A DNA stretch of 63,214 nucleotides, the filler included, from Reclinomonas americana ATCC 50394 (taxonomy: Eukaryota), in assembly GCA_048213135.1 (NCBI GenBank). It is 12 parts of 12 records of this genome, joined end to end, with 100 filler letters (N's around TTAATTAATTAA, not from the genome) between each part and the next. Parts side by side here need not be neighbours in the genome. Positions count along the whole stretch, not along the records: positions 40,960 to 44,550 come from AFZH01018605.1; positions 44,651 to 53,919 come from AFZH01018606.1; 10 more parts are not named here. One strand, written 5' to 3'. The stretch's first letter is position 1; the number at the start of each line of letters is the position of its first letter. The position numbers and the translations under genes were made by a program. The notes under the pieces were generated by a model that saw only the letters and a program-made list of their open reading frames with translations, was not told the origin of the DNA and did no database searches. Below are positions 42,459-54,000 of this stretch, piece by piece.

Positions 42459-44228
42459 TCAGGCCGGCTTGCTGCTCCCGCCTGAGCCGCCTCCTCCGTT
42501 GTCGGGCTTCTGAGCGCGAAAAGGCTGCTCGCTGGCACCGCCAGCCTTGCCAGAGGCAGAGCTTTTAGTGCCAGCAGTGGTGGTGGTGGTGGTGGCGCCA
42601 GCCTTGTACTTCTTGTGCTTGGACTTGCCGCCTGCTGCCACCTTGTATCCTCCGCTTCCACCTCCACTGCCACCCGACCGCGGTGCCGCCGCTGACGATG
42701 TGGCGCCACTGGCAAACACGTCATCCTCGGCGGCCTTGGCCGCGTGCGCTCCGCCGAGCGCAGGCATCGTCACCAGCTTGAGGAACTTGGGCTCCTCGTC
42801 CAAGTCCTTGAGTCGGTCCTTGGCACCATCCGGCAAGCGCGAGCTGCCGTAGAGGCGATCATGCTTCAGCCTGACAACAATCTGCAACGCCGACATGCCC
42901 GCAATGCCCGCCCTGTCGACTCGGGCACTCCCGTGTTCCCGGCCAGCCTTGACTCGCGCCAGGACAGTCGACTCCTCCAAGGCCGCCTTGTGGTTGGCGG
43001 CCACTCCAAGAATGGACTCCTCGACGCGCTTGAACCTGGCAACGACCTCGGGATTCTCGGTGGCACCCACCGCGACCAGCTCGTCCCAGAGATCTTGTCC
43101 ATCGACAGCAAGCTCGTGTGCCCGTCCCATGTTGGCCACCTGATCCAGGTAGTTCATCATGTGGATTCCGTCGTCTCCAGCGAGCTCGCCGGAGGTGGTG
43201 TTGAGCATGGCGGATATCTCGCTGCTGAAGTCCTTGTTCTGCGCCGAGAGGAACCTGACAGAGGTGTCGTCGCCACCGTCACGCTCGCTGCTGTTGATGA
43301 GGTCGCCGAGGGAGTCATACGGCTTGACATGCGGCGCTCTTTTCGGCTTGCCATCCGCGCCGACGCCTTTGCCCTCCAGTGCTGCTGCGACGGCCACCGC
43401 GACGATGTCACGGATGTGAGGACTGAGCCCGGTACCTGTGACTGCACCAGCGCGCCGGCTAGCTTGGCGCGCACCCGGCGAGTCAAAGGTACGCCGAGTG
43501 CGACTGCTTGCAGAGCGCATCGACGACCGATCATCGTCGCCAGACCCAAAGTCGTCGTCACCCGACGACTCACCGCGGCGACGATACTCGTGCGAGCGCC
43601 TGTGCTTACCCGGCGACCTGTCGGAGAACAGGGGAGGTGGGGCGGAAGCGACGCCGGTGACGGCCATTTCCACGCTGCGACGCAAATGTTCCATCTCACG
43701 ACGCGACTTCTCTCTCTCCTCTCTCACCTCTCGAACAATGTTCTCCTGGCCCTGTTTCATGGCCTCACTGATCTGTGCCACGACCTCACTGTTCCGAGCC
43801 ACGGCCTGCATGAGGTGTGCCAGAACATTCTGCTGCTCTTGCTGTCGCTTGGCCAGCTCTACCACTGTGTCTCCTCCTACCTGCCGGTCGAACTGGTGAA
43901 CAGCCTCTTCTGCCAGACGTCTCTCTTCTGCCAGACGTCTCAGTCTCTGACCCACGACCTCCTCTGTCGGCGTCGTGGCCTTCTCTCTCTTGCGACTCGA
44001 CTTCTCATGCGGAGAAGTAGAGGTGCGTGTGGATGGGGTAGTATACGTACCCCGCTTGCCTCCAAGCTCCTCCTCACCACCCTCGTCGCTGGGTTCTTCG
44101 TCGTCTTCGGTGACGAACTCCACATCCTCCTTGGTCATGGCCTTGCGCGCCTGCACCCGCTTGCCCCTGCCATAGTCATCTTGCTGATCCAGCGGCGCTG
44201 AAAGGCCGTCGTAGAGCTTCTTGGACAT
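42459..44228 (-). CDS. gag-like ORF1 of the YR retrotransposon (589 aa)
   Basis: Intronless ORF starting 26 nt inside the A1 repeat; coiled-coil N-half; ends next to and overlapping the pol frame. Confidence 0.85.
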   Translation of the reverse strand: MSKKLYDGLSAPLDQQDDYGRGKRVQARKAMTKEDVEFVTEDDEEPSDEGGEEELGGKRGTYTTPSTRTSTSPHEKSSRKREKATTPTEEVVGQRLRRLAEERRLAEEAVHQFDRQVGGDTVVELAKRQQEQQNVLAHLMQAVARNSEVVAQISEAMKQGQENIVREVREEREKSRREMEHLRRSVEMAVTGVASAPPPLFSDRSPGKHRRSHEYRRRGESSGDDDFGSGDDDRSSMRSASSRTRRTFDSPGARQASRRAGAVTGTGLSPHIRDIVAVAVAAALEGKGVGADGKPKRAPHVKPYDSLGDLINSSERDGGDDTSVRFLSAQNKDFSSEISAMLNTTSGELAGDDGIHMMNYLDQVANMGRAHELAVDGQDLWDELVAVGATENPEVVARFKRVEESILGVAANHKAALEESTVLARVKAGREHGSARVDRAGIAGMSALQIVVRLKHDRLYGSSRLPDGAKDRLKDLDEEPKFLKLVTMPALGGAHAAKAAEDDVFASGATSSAAAPRSGGSGGGSGGYKVAAGGKSKHKKYKAGATTTTTTAGTKSSASGKAGGASEQPFRAQKPDNGGGGSGGSSKPA

Positions 44229-44254
44229 GGATGATGTGGTTGACTGTTGTCTCT

Positions 44255-44354
44255 CTCAACAGGAAAGAAAGTGAAAAACAAGAGGAGTGTGTAAGACTCC
44301 GATCGTATTTTCACTTTATGAAACCATGATATTCCAACAGTGGAAATCTGGATT
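44255..44354. repeat. Direct repeat A1, 5' terminus of the YR retrotransposon
   Basis: Identical to 36253-36352; identity stops at ATT (44354). Confidence 0.95.
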
Positions 44355-44550
44355 GCCGCCGAGGACGACGCCAGTGCCACAGATGCCAGTATTTTGGCTC
44401 GTGTGCTGCAGATGCCGCTGGGCTTGCCGTCGCCGGCAAGTTTTGTACGCGAAATGCACCGCATGATGCGTCGCCTGCTGTCTTCCTCGTTCAAGGTCTT
44501 ACGGTTCGAGGACCATTATTGCAAGCGGCCGACTGAGGACCCGGACGCGC
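44355..44550 (+). pseudogene. Coding-like fragment abutting the retrotransposon end (possible disrupted target ORF)
   Basis: Open frame AAEDDASATDASILARVLQMPLGLPSPASFVREMHRMMRRLLSSSFKVLRFEDHY.. begins exactly at the element boundary with no acceptor or own start. Confidence 0.4.
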
Positions 44551-45079
44551 NNNNNNNNNNNNNNNNNNNNNNNNNNNNNNNNNNNNNNNNNNNNTTAATT
44601 AATTAANNNNNNNNNNNNNNNNNNNNNNNNNNNNNNNNNNNNNNNNNNNNAGTTGTACGTATACATACGTTGGGAAGAATGCACGCGACGTTCTTGTGTC
44701 CTTTCGCCCCACTTTCTCATTCTGTACTCCGTCACATTCTCGTTTGTGTGCGTGGTACAATAATCGTGAATCAGCCTCCTTTCTTCTTCTTCTTCTTCTT
44801 CTCCTCCTCCTCCTCCTCCTCCTTCTTCTTCTCCTCTCTTTCTCGCTCTTCTCCAATTAATATTTGTACTTTTTGTTCTTCTCACGCGATCACTCGCCCT
44901 CTCCCTCTCCCTCTCTCTCTCTTGATTCACACTATCTCTCTCTTTTTTTGTTCTCTCGTGCACACGCATTCTCCTCCGTTCATCTTGTCTCTCTCTTCGT
45001 CTTTCTCCAGCATTTATTGCCTGTCTCTCCTCCTCTCATTTCTCAATCTCGCATTTACTTGTCGACACTGCGCGCGCAG

Positions 45080-48000
45080 CTCACGCCAACCTACGTCAGC
45101 GCGGTCTTCAAGAGGAATCACTGTGCCAGACGGAGCCGGTGGTTCAAACTCATCGACGTTCATCATCAACGAGAGTTGCGTGAACTGCATTCACTGTTTC
45201 GTGGCTTGCAGGGTTCTCATTTGTGCTTCTTTGTCCACAGGCAACGTGATACCGACTGCGCCAGTGCTGTCCACCAGCACGTACGTTCCCCCGTTGGCCA
45301 TGGGAGCCGCCATTGGCACACTCGCCGCCACCGATGTGAACACTGGCCAGACGCTGTCGTTCACCGTAACCGGCGGTACCGCGCAGGCCTCCTCCTCTCT
45401 CGCCGGCTCCGATCTTGTCTCTGCTGTCGCAGGCCTCACCGGCAGCGGCCTGCAAGTCACGGTCACCGTCTCCGACGGCGCAGGAGGCAGCAACTCGAGC
45501 ACTTTCCTCATCAACGAAGGTGACTCTCATTGTCATCGTGCGTATGATGTTTGCCATACTCACGTGAATTGCAGCCAATGTGTCTCCAACTGCTCCCATG
45601 GCCACCCTCTCGACCAACGAGTACATCCCTCCGCTGGCACTCAACGGTGTCATTGGCCTGCTCTCGTCAAGCGGCGTGAACACTGGCCAAACGCTGACGT
45701 ACGCCGTCACCGGAGGCGCCAATCAGTCCATGTTCAACATTAGCGGCAACAGTCTCCGTGCCAATGTGGCCGGTCTCACTGGCAACGGCCTGCAAGTGAC
45801 ATGTACAGTGACGGTCAGCGACGGCGCCGGTGGCTCAGCCACAAGTTCATTTGTCATTAGCGAAGGTGTGCATTCACACACACATACGCTCGCACAACTT
45901 GTCTTTTTTTGAGTTACTCACGCCGTCTGTGTGCAGCCAATGTGTCGCCGTCGTCGCCGGTGCTGTCGACCCTGGTGTACCAGCCGCCTCTCGCTCTCCA
46001 TGGAACTATTGGCACGCTGTCGGCGACCGACGTGAACACGGGCCAGACCCTGTCGTTCTCCATCACTGGCGGTGCCGATCAGGCGTCGTTTGAGATCAAT
46101 GGAACCACTCTGCGCTCCAGTGTCGCGGGTCTGGTGGGCTCCAGTCTGCAAGTCGTCGTGACGGTAAGCGACGGTGCCGGTGGATCGTCACAAGCCACCT
46201 TCATTGTCACATCAAGTGCGTTGTCTTTTTCCATGGTTTGAGGTTTTTCCTTGCTGATTTCTGACATATCGGTGGCGCAGTTGGCCCGGTGGACATGGCT
46301 CTCTCCTCGACCACCTACACGCCACCGACCTCGACCACGAATACGGTGATTGGCACGCTCTCCACAACCGACACATCTGCCTCTGCACCCTACACGTACG
46401 CTGTGGTGGGCGGGACCGATGCTGCTGTCTTCTCGGTCATTGGGGATCAACTGGTAATCCGAGCTGCGGGACAGCGGGGCACCGGTCTGCAAGTGCAGGT
46501 GCTGTCAACCAATGCCAGTGGACAAACGCTGGCCAAGTTCTTTACCATCAACGACGGTTTGAGTGACGATGTTTGGTGTTTGCAGTGAGTGTCGCTGCTC
46601 ACTCTCTCGGTCGCTTGCAGTACCCGTGGCCCCAACCGACGTACTTTTATCCTCGTCGGCCTACGCACCGCCCACACCCGCTGCCAATGGTGGTGGGCAC
46701 ACTCACTGGAGTCGACGGCAATGCGAACGACGCACTGTCACTGTCGATCGTCGGTGGTGCGAATAGTGCTCTCTTCGACATTGTCGGCTCGCAGTTAGTA
46801 CTCCGCAACGCAGGCCAGCAGGGCAACAATCTGCAAGTCACCGTCCGAGTCGGTGATCCGTCCGGCGCGCGCGCACTTTGACAAGACGTTTACCGTCAGC
46901 GAAGGTGCGTGCATGTGCTTCTCTGCCTTCTTGTGTCTGTGTCGCTCATCGAGTCTCTCGATAGCCAATGTGCCTCCATCCGCACTGGCACTCTCCACCA
47001 CCACGTACTCGCCGGTACCCGCACCCGTTGGCACCGTCGTTGCCACGCTCTCGACCACGTGCGTTTGCACTCACGATTGCAATTGGTCTATCTGGGGTGT
47101 GTAAGATTCTCACTCTGCACGCCACCACAGGGACGCGAACTGCTGTCAGAGCATGACCTACTCGATTGTTGGTGGCGCTGCTGCGTCTCGATTCAGCATC
47201 TCCGGGAACCAACTGGTGGTCGACAGCAGTGGCGGCCCGCTCATGATCACCGGCAACAGTCTAAGCATTGTGGTGCGTGTTGATGACGGTGCAGGTGGTG
47301 TTCGAGACCCAGACATTTGTGCTGGACGAGGCCAATGTGGCACCGACGGCGGTGACTCTGTCGTCGATGACATACACACCGCCGTCACCGTTAGGCACGG
47401 TCGTTGGCACGCTGGCGGCTGTGGATGCCAATTGCTGTCAATCGTTCACCTATTCCATGTGCGTTCACCTTAAGCTTTGAGCTGGGACATTCTGCTTTAT
47501 TGTTCTCACGCAAGTCTTCTTTGTCAGTGTTGGTGGACCTGATGCCAGCAAGTTCTCCGTGTCGGGAGACCAGCTGGTGGTCGCAGCTGCCACTCTCAAC
47601 ACGTCGCCTCTCACCGTGATTGTGCACGCCGACGACGGTGCTGGTGGCTCTGTCGACCAGACACTGACCATCACTGAAGGTTGGTGTTGCCGGCGGTGGG
47701 TTATAATTAGCACATCTGCTGCGCGTGCGGTTCACTTCTTGTTGCGCAGCTAATGTGCCGCCGAGTGATCTTCTCTTGTCGCCATCCACGTACGTGCCGC
47801 CAGCGGCACAGGGATCAGTTATTGGCTCTCTGTTTGTGATCGACGCCAACTGTTGTCAGTCACACACGTATTCCATGTTGCGCAACGACCAGCGGTGTTT
47901 TCTTTGCTGCTTACCTTCTCGTGTGCCTGCCATCTGATCCCCTCTATCATGCAGTGTTGGAGGCGCAAACCAGGGTCTGTTTGCGATCTCCGGTTCTGAC

Positions 48001-51000
48001 TTGCTTGCCAATGTTCCCGGTGGCTTGTCGGGCACTGGATTGCTGGTCACCATTCGTGTCTCTGATGGATTCTCCTCATTGGACCGCACGTTTACTGTCA
48101 ACGAAGGTGTGTGTTTGTGTTGCGGAAGTGACCGACGAGCTCGAACACTGCAATGCCTTACTGACTGCTGGGTGATTGGTCGACTGCAGTCAACGTGGCA
48201 CCAAGCGACATTATATATTTTGTGGGGCACAACGTACACTCCGCCGACCTCGAGCGCGAATGTGGTGGTGGGCTTCTTCACCTCCTTGGATGCCAACACG
48301 CGTACGGGTGACACATTCACCTATTGTTGCGTCGCGCATGGATTGCAAGTGTGCGGGGATTACCGCCTCTGATTGAGACTGACATGATCGTGATCTTGTC
48401 AATGTCAATGCAGCAATCTCTGGCGGCCCGCATGCTGCCATGTTCAACATCAATGGCACGCAACTACGACTGAGCGCCGCAAACTCTCGTGGCGATCCAC
48501 TACAGGTCGAAGTGCAGTCGACCGACGCGGCCGGTGCCTGGGTCCGCAAGCTGTTTACCATCACTGAAGGTCTCGGATCTCTGTCGATCATGCCTGTTGT
48601 ATGTCATCTCACTCGTCCGTACGCACAGTGAACGTGCCGCCATCGGCATTGGTGCTGAGCTCCAACACATATGTGCCGCTCTCACCGCCGGAGTGGTGGT
48701 GGGCTCGCTCACCGCCGTCGACGCCAACACGCTGGGCTCATACACGTACACGGTTGTCGCCGGCTTCAACGAGTCGCTGTTTGTGCTCAGCGGGTCGACG
48801 CTGTCGCTGGCACTGGCCGGACAGACTGGCAACAACCTGCGTATCCGCATTGAAGTATCCGACGGTCGTGGTGGAACTCTGCAGACAACATTTACGTGCG
48901 TGTGCCGTCGCGGAGATTTGTGGTTCTCATTTTGATTCTTGCATCTAACTATTGTTTCTCAACGTGCGTCTCCGTGTCTCTCTCTCTCTACACGTACAGC
49001 ATCAACGAAGGTACTCTCAGTTGCATGTGATTCTACGCGCCTGCTATCCACTGATTGTATTTGTTCTGCAGCCAACGTGCCACCAGCAAACCTGGCGCTG
49101 TCGACAACGTTCTACGCTCCACGTAGTTCGCAGAATGCTTTGATTGGAGTGTTGTCGGCCACCGATGCTAACTGCTGTCAGAGTCTGTCGTACACTCTCA
49201 TTGGCAATGACGACGACTCCAAGTTCTACGTTGCGCTCTGTCTGTCATTCGCTGTGTTGGTGTCGCACGACTCTATATCTGATTGTGTGCTATGCGCAGA
49301 TTGGTGGTGTTGCTGGTAACGAGCTGCGCGTGCAGACGCTGGTGCTGAGCGGCATGGTGTGTATTCACGCGGCTGCAAGAGAGTGTGTGACCCTTGCTCA
49401 CGTGGAACGTTGCAGAACCTCGTCATCACTGTTCGCGTGAGTGACGGCAACGGCGGCTCACAAGACACCACTTTCTTCCTCAACGAAGGTGCGATGTGCT
49501 GCTCCCCGCCATCCTTGTGCACCCGTTGCTCATGTTGTTGTTGCAGTCAACGTGGCACCGTCGAGCATTTCGTTGTCGCCGGCGACGTACACACCACCTT
49601 CGGCAGCTGCCAACACCGTGGTTGGCACACTGTCCGTTGTCGACGCCAACTGCTGTCAGACGGTGACGTACACAATCCTGGCGGGTGGCTCCGGTTCCCT
49701 CTTCAACATTAGTGGCGACCAACTGCGAATTACGTCGGCGGGACTCACTGGCACGAATCTCTCCGTCACGGTGCGAGCTACGGATTCAGCATCAGCCTCC
49801 GTCGACCAAGTGTTTGTCATCACGGATGTGCCCGTGCCACCGACCGGCGTGCTGTTGAGCTCGACCTCGTATGTGCCGCCGACGGTGGTGCCAAATCAAG
49901 TAATTGGCACCTTGTCCGCCATCGACCCCAATGTGCTCGATACGGCATTCACATTCAGCGTGGTGACTGGCGGCGGCATCTTTGGTGTTGTCGGAGGCAA
50001 TCAGTTGGTGTGGCTCTCGGCTGGCTCAACCGGTACCAATGTGCCAGTCACTGTGCGAGTGACCGACGCCACTGGCCTCTCCACCACGCAGTCATTTGTC
50101 ATTACCGAAGGTCTGTGACATTCAAGAGATGAAGAAGAACATCATGTGTGTCTCACCTCTTTGTGTGTGTGTGTTTGCGCAGTGAACGTGCCGCCAACCG
50201 GTGTCACCATTACGTCTCACAGCGTTCCACCGCTGTCTCCTGCCGGCACCGTTGTCGGCACATTGACAGGCGTGGATGCAAACTGCTGCGACTCGTTCAC
50301 CTACTCCATGTTGCGACATTCTGCTCGACGACATTTCTTCGGTGCAAATTCACATCACTCACTCGGTCGTGCCTACCGACAGAGTCGGTGGCGCCGATGC
50401 GGCCTTGTTCGCTGTTGTTGGATCGCAGATCCGCACCGCCGTGCCGAATTTGAGTGGACGCAACCTGCAGGTGATTGTGCGAACAGATGATGGCCGTGGC
50501 GGAACAGTGGATACGACGCTGTCTCTCGGTGATGGTGCGTGGCAGTTGATCGTGTCCCTTGTACGGAGAGTGACACGATACTGACACAGACAGAACCTTC
50601 ATTGCTCGTCCACAGCCAATGTTGCTCCGTCCGGCATCTCTCTCTCGTCGAACACATACACGCCGGCCACCTTGGCTGCGAATCAGCCAGTGGGCACGTT
50701 GAGCGCCACCGACCTCAAATGCCTGGGACACCGCGACGTTCTCCATTGTTGGCGGTGCTAACCAGGCGCTGTTCACCATCATTGGAAATCAGCTGTGCTT
50801 GCGCAATGCTGGTCAGACGGGAACCAATCTGTCCGTGATTGTGCGAGCCACCGACACCGCCGGTGCCTCACTCGATGTGCCGTTCACTGTCAACGATGGT
50901 ATGCCGATGATTGACTGGAATGTGACACAGCCTTGGGAGACTCACACTGCTCTCCCTCACAGTACCGGTGGCACCCACGTCGGTGTCGCTCTCCTCCAGT

Positions 51001-54000
51001 ACCTACGTACCACCAACCGCCTCAGCCAATGGGGTGGTCGGCGTTTTGTCGACTTCTGACCCCAACGCGACCGATTCGTTCACTTACTCGGTTGTTGGCG
51101 GCGCCAACGCTGCTCTCTTTGATGTTGTCAATGGCAATCTGGTGTTGAAGAACGCCGGGCAACGCGGTGACGGACTGCAGGTGGTGGTACGATCGACAGA
51201 CTCCACCGGCAACTTTGTGGATCAGCCATTTGTGTTGAACGAGGGTGAGTCATTCCCGTTGATGCGCTTCCTCGATCGTTTCCAGTGCTGACATGTCGTG
51301 ATGATTGATTCACGCAGCCAATGTGCCGCCTTCCAACCTCCTGCTGGACAGCACATCATATGTGCCACTGGATCCGACGCCGGAGCAAGTTGTTGGCATC
51401 CTTCAAGGCGTTGATGCGAACACCGCCTCAACATTCACCTATTCGATTGTTGGCGGTGCCGATGCCAGTCTGTTCTACATCTCCGGCAACCAGCTGCGCC
51501 TCGTCAACACCAACCAGTCCGGCAACAACCTGCAGGTGCTGGTTCAAGTCAGCGACGGTCGCGGCGGCACCCTACAGCAATCGTTCATGATCTCGGAGGA
51601 GAACACAGTACCCACCGACATCCATTTGAGTGGCACGACATATGTGCCTCCCACCAGCGGGCCATTCACGGTGGTTGGCACGCTGACTACTGAGGATAGC
51701 AACGTCGGGCAGTCGCACACCTACACGCTGCAGCCGGTGGGCGACTTCGCAGTGTTCGACATTGCAGCCGACGTGTTGCGCATTCGTGCCGCGGGTCAAG
51801 TTGGGCCACTCGTTCAGCATTCAGATCCTGACTGACGACGGCGCTGGTGGCACGTTCTTGAAGTGGTTTACCAGCACCGACGGTGAGTAGTACGCTTCGG
51901 ATGAGCATCGTAACTCCCAAGTGTTCCAATTTACTCACTCACACGCTGTTTCTCGTGCAGTGAATGTCCCTCCGATGGACATTGGTCTGTCCCCTGCATC
52001 GTACCTGCCGCCGACGTTGGCGGCCAATACGGTTGTGGGCACTCTCTCAGCCACTGATGCCAATGGTTTTTAATTGCTTCTTAGCTGCACACAATTGTTC
52101 CTGTTGCTCATCGTTCATCTTTTCCGTCTCTCTTCCGTCGTAGTCGCCGATGTGCACGCGTTCAGTATCGTCGGTGGCTCAGATGCAGCAGCATTCGACA
52201 TTGTGAGTGGCAGCCGCCTGGTGTTGCGCAACGTTGGTCAGCGGGGCACCCTCGCCGTGGTCGTTCGAGCCACGGATGCCGCCGGAGCCAGTTTCGACAA
52301 ACAGTTGCGTTGATCAACTGTGTCGCATCCAAATCTGTCTGTGTGCTCACGCCTCCTCCACCACTTTTCCAGATTTACCGTCGTCGATGGTTGCGTACCA
52401 TTTTTGTCACTTGGCAATGCACCTCCTTTTCTAAGTTTTTTTGTCTTTCCCTCACAGACCCGGTTTCACCGTCGGGTATCACCGTGTCCTCTTCTTCGTA
52501 CCCACCGCCAACTGCCGCTGCGAACACGCCGGTCGCCACGTTGACAGCCGTTGATGACAACATCAGCGACATGTTCACGTTCTCCATTGTGGGGGGCACT
52601 TCGGCTGCCTTGTTCGATGTGCAAGGGAACCAGTTGGTTCTCCGCTCTGCGGGCCAGACGGGCAACGGACTGCAGGTGGTTGTGCAGGTGAGTTTGCAGG
52701 ATTGTCGGTGTCCAAGTGCGGTGCCTTTGTGCTTGCTGACTGTTGTGTGCAGGTGACGGACAACACTGGCCGGAGCGCGGTGCAGACGCTGACGTTCAAC
52801 GAAGGTCGGTCGCGGCCTGCTGCTGTTTGTTGATGATCATGATTGTTTTTCATCAAGTTTCTCGCGCCATGACCAGCCAATGTGCCACCAACGGCACTTG
52901 CACTCTCACCGCGACTGTACACGCCGCCGGGCGTGGTGGGTGCCACGTTGGCCAGCTGACCACCACCGACAGCAATACCGGAGAGACATTTACGTACTCG
53001 ATTGTCGGCGGTGCCAATCAGCTGGCCTTCAGCATCAGCAACGATCGCCTGTTGGTGGCCACCGCGGGACTCACCGGTAACGGTCTTTTGGTGCAAGTGC
53101 GTTCCACCGACTCGGGTGGCCTTTCCATCACGTCCACCTTCACAATCAACGAAGGTCTGTACCACCCAGCCTGTCTCCTGAATCGATGATTGGCACACTC
53201 ACGCTTCCTCCTCCGCCAGCCAACGTGCCACCGACGTCCATCTCGCTCAGCAGCAACACCTACACTCCACCGACCACCAGCGCCCTGCAGCCCATTGGCA
53301 TTCTCAGTGCTGTGGATGTGAACACTGGCCAAACTGTGTCATTTACCGTGCGACCTGGCGGCTCTGGTGCCCTCTTCACCGTGCTGGCCACGATGCCGCC
53401 CCAGTTGGCCTTCGTAGCGGCAGGTCAGCGTGGCACTGCCTTGACTGTCACGGTAATTTGACGAAGAGGAACCAGAGTGTGTGGTTGTAGCATTGCGTCT
53501 TTGTGACTAACATTTTGTGGCGCCGTAGATTCGAGCGACGGACTCGGTTGGCGGCTTTTCCGACCGCAATTTTGTCATCAACGACTGTTGCGTCGGTGCT
53601 CGCCTGCTTTCACCACGTTGCTCCCCCACTCCCTCACTCTAGCTACTTATTGCGCAGTGCCCGTGCCGCCCACCGCCATTGCGCTGTCTTCATTGACGTA
53701 CACACCACCGACAGCCGTCGCCAACACAGTGGTCGGCATCCTCAGCGCGGCCTATGACAACACGGCTGACATATTTACGTGGTCGATTGTGCCGGGTGGT
53801 CAGTCGAATCTCTTCGACGTGTCGCCGACAGGTGCTGTCCACGCCGGCCAGCACTGTCAAGGTTGGTGGACGTGTCACTGGCAACAGCTGCTGTTCCATC
53901 GATATCGCGTTCGTGCAAGNNNNNNNNNNNNNNNNNNNNNNNNNNNNNNNNNNNNNNNNNNNNTTAATTAATTAANNNNNNNNNNNNNNNNNNNNNNNNN

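Larger units (their letters stand above)
36113..44354 (-). mobile_element. Tyrosine-recombinase retrotransposon (DIRS order) with direct terminal repeats; 3' end runs into gap
   Basis: Intronless gag, RT-RNaseH-methyltransferase and YR ORFs in order on the minus strand; identical 100-bp repeats at 44255-44354 and 36253-36352. Confidence 0.93.

Noticed and set aside
42744..44201. 485-aa plus-strand ORF antisense to gag
   Set aside because: Shadow ORF of GC-rich coding sequence with no recognisable motifs; the same applies to most short overlapping ORFs in the track.
36253..44354. 100-bp direct repeats read as LTRs of an LTR retrotransposon
   Set aside because: No protease or DDE integrase, no TG..CA ends, and a tyrosine recombinase is present.
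45241..53919. Regularly spaced repeats as a CRISPR array or bacterial contaminant contig
   Set aside because: The repeats are degenerate protein-coding units interrupted by spliceosomal introns with the same signals as the host genes.
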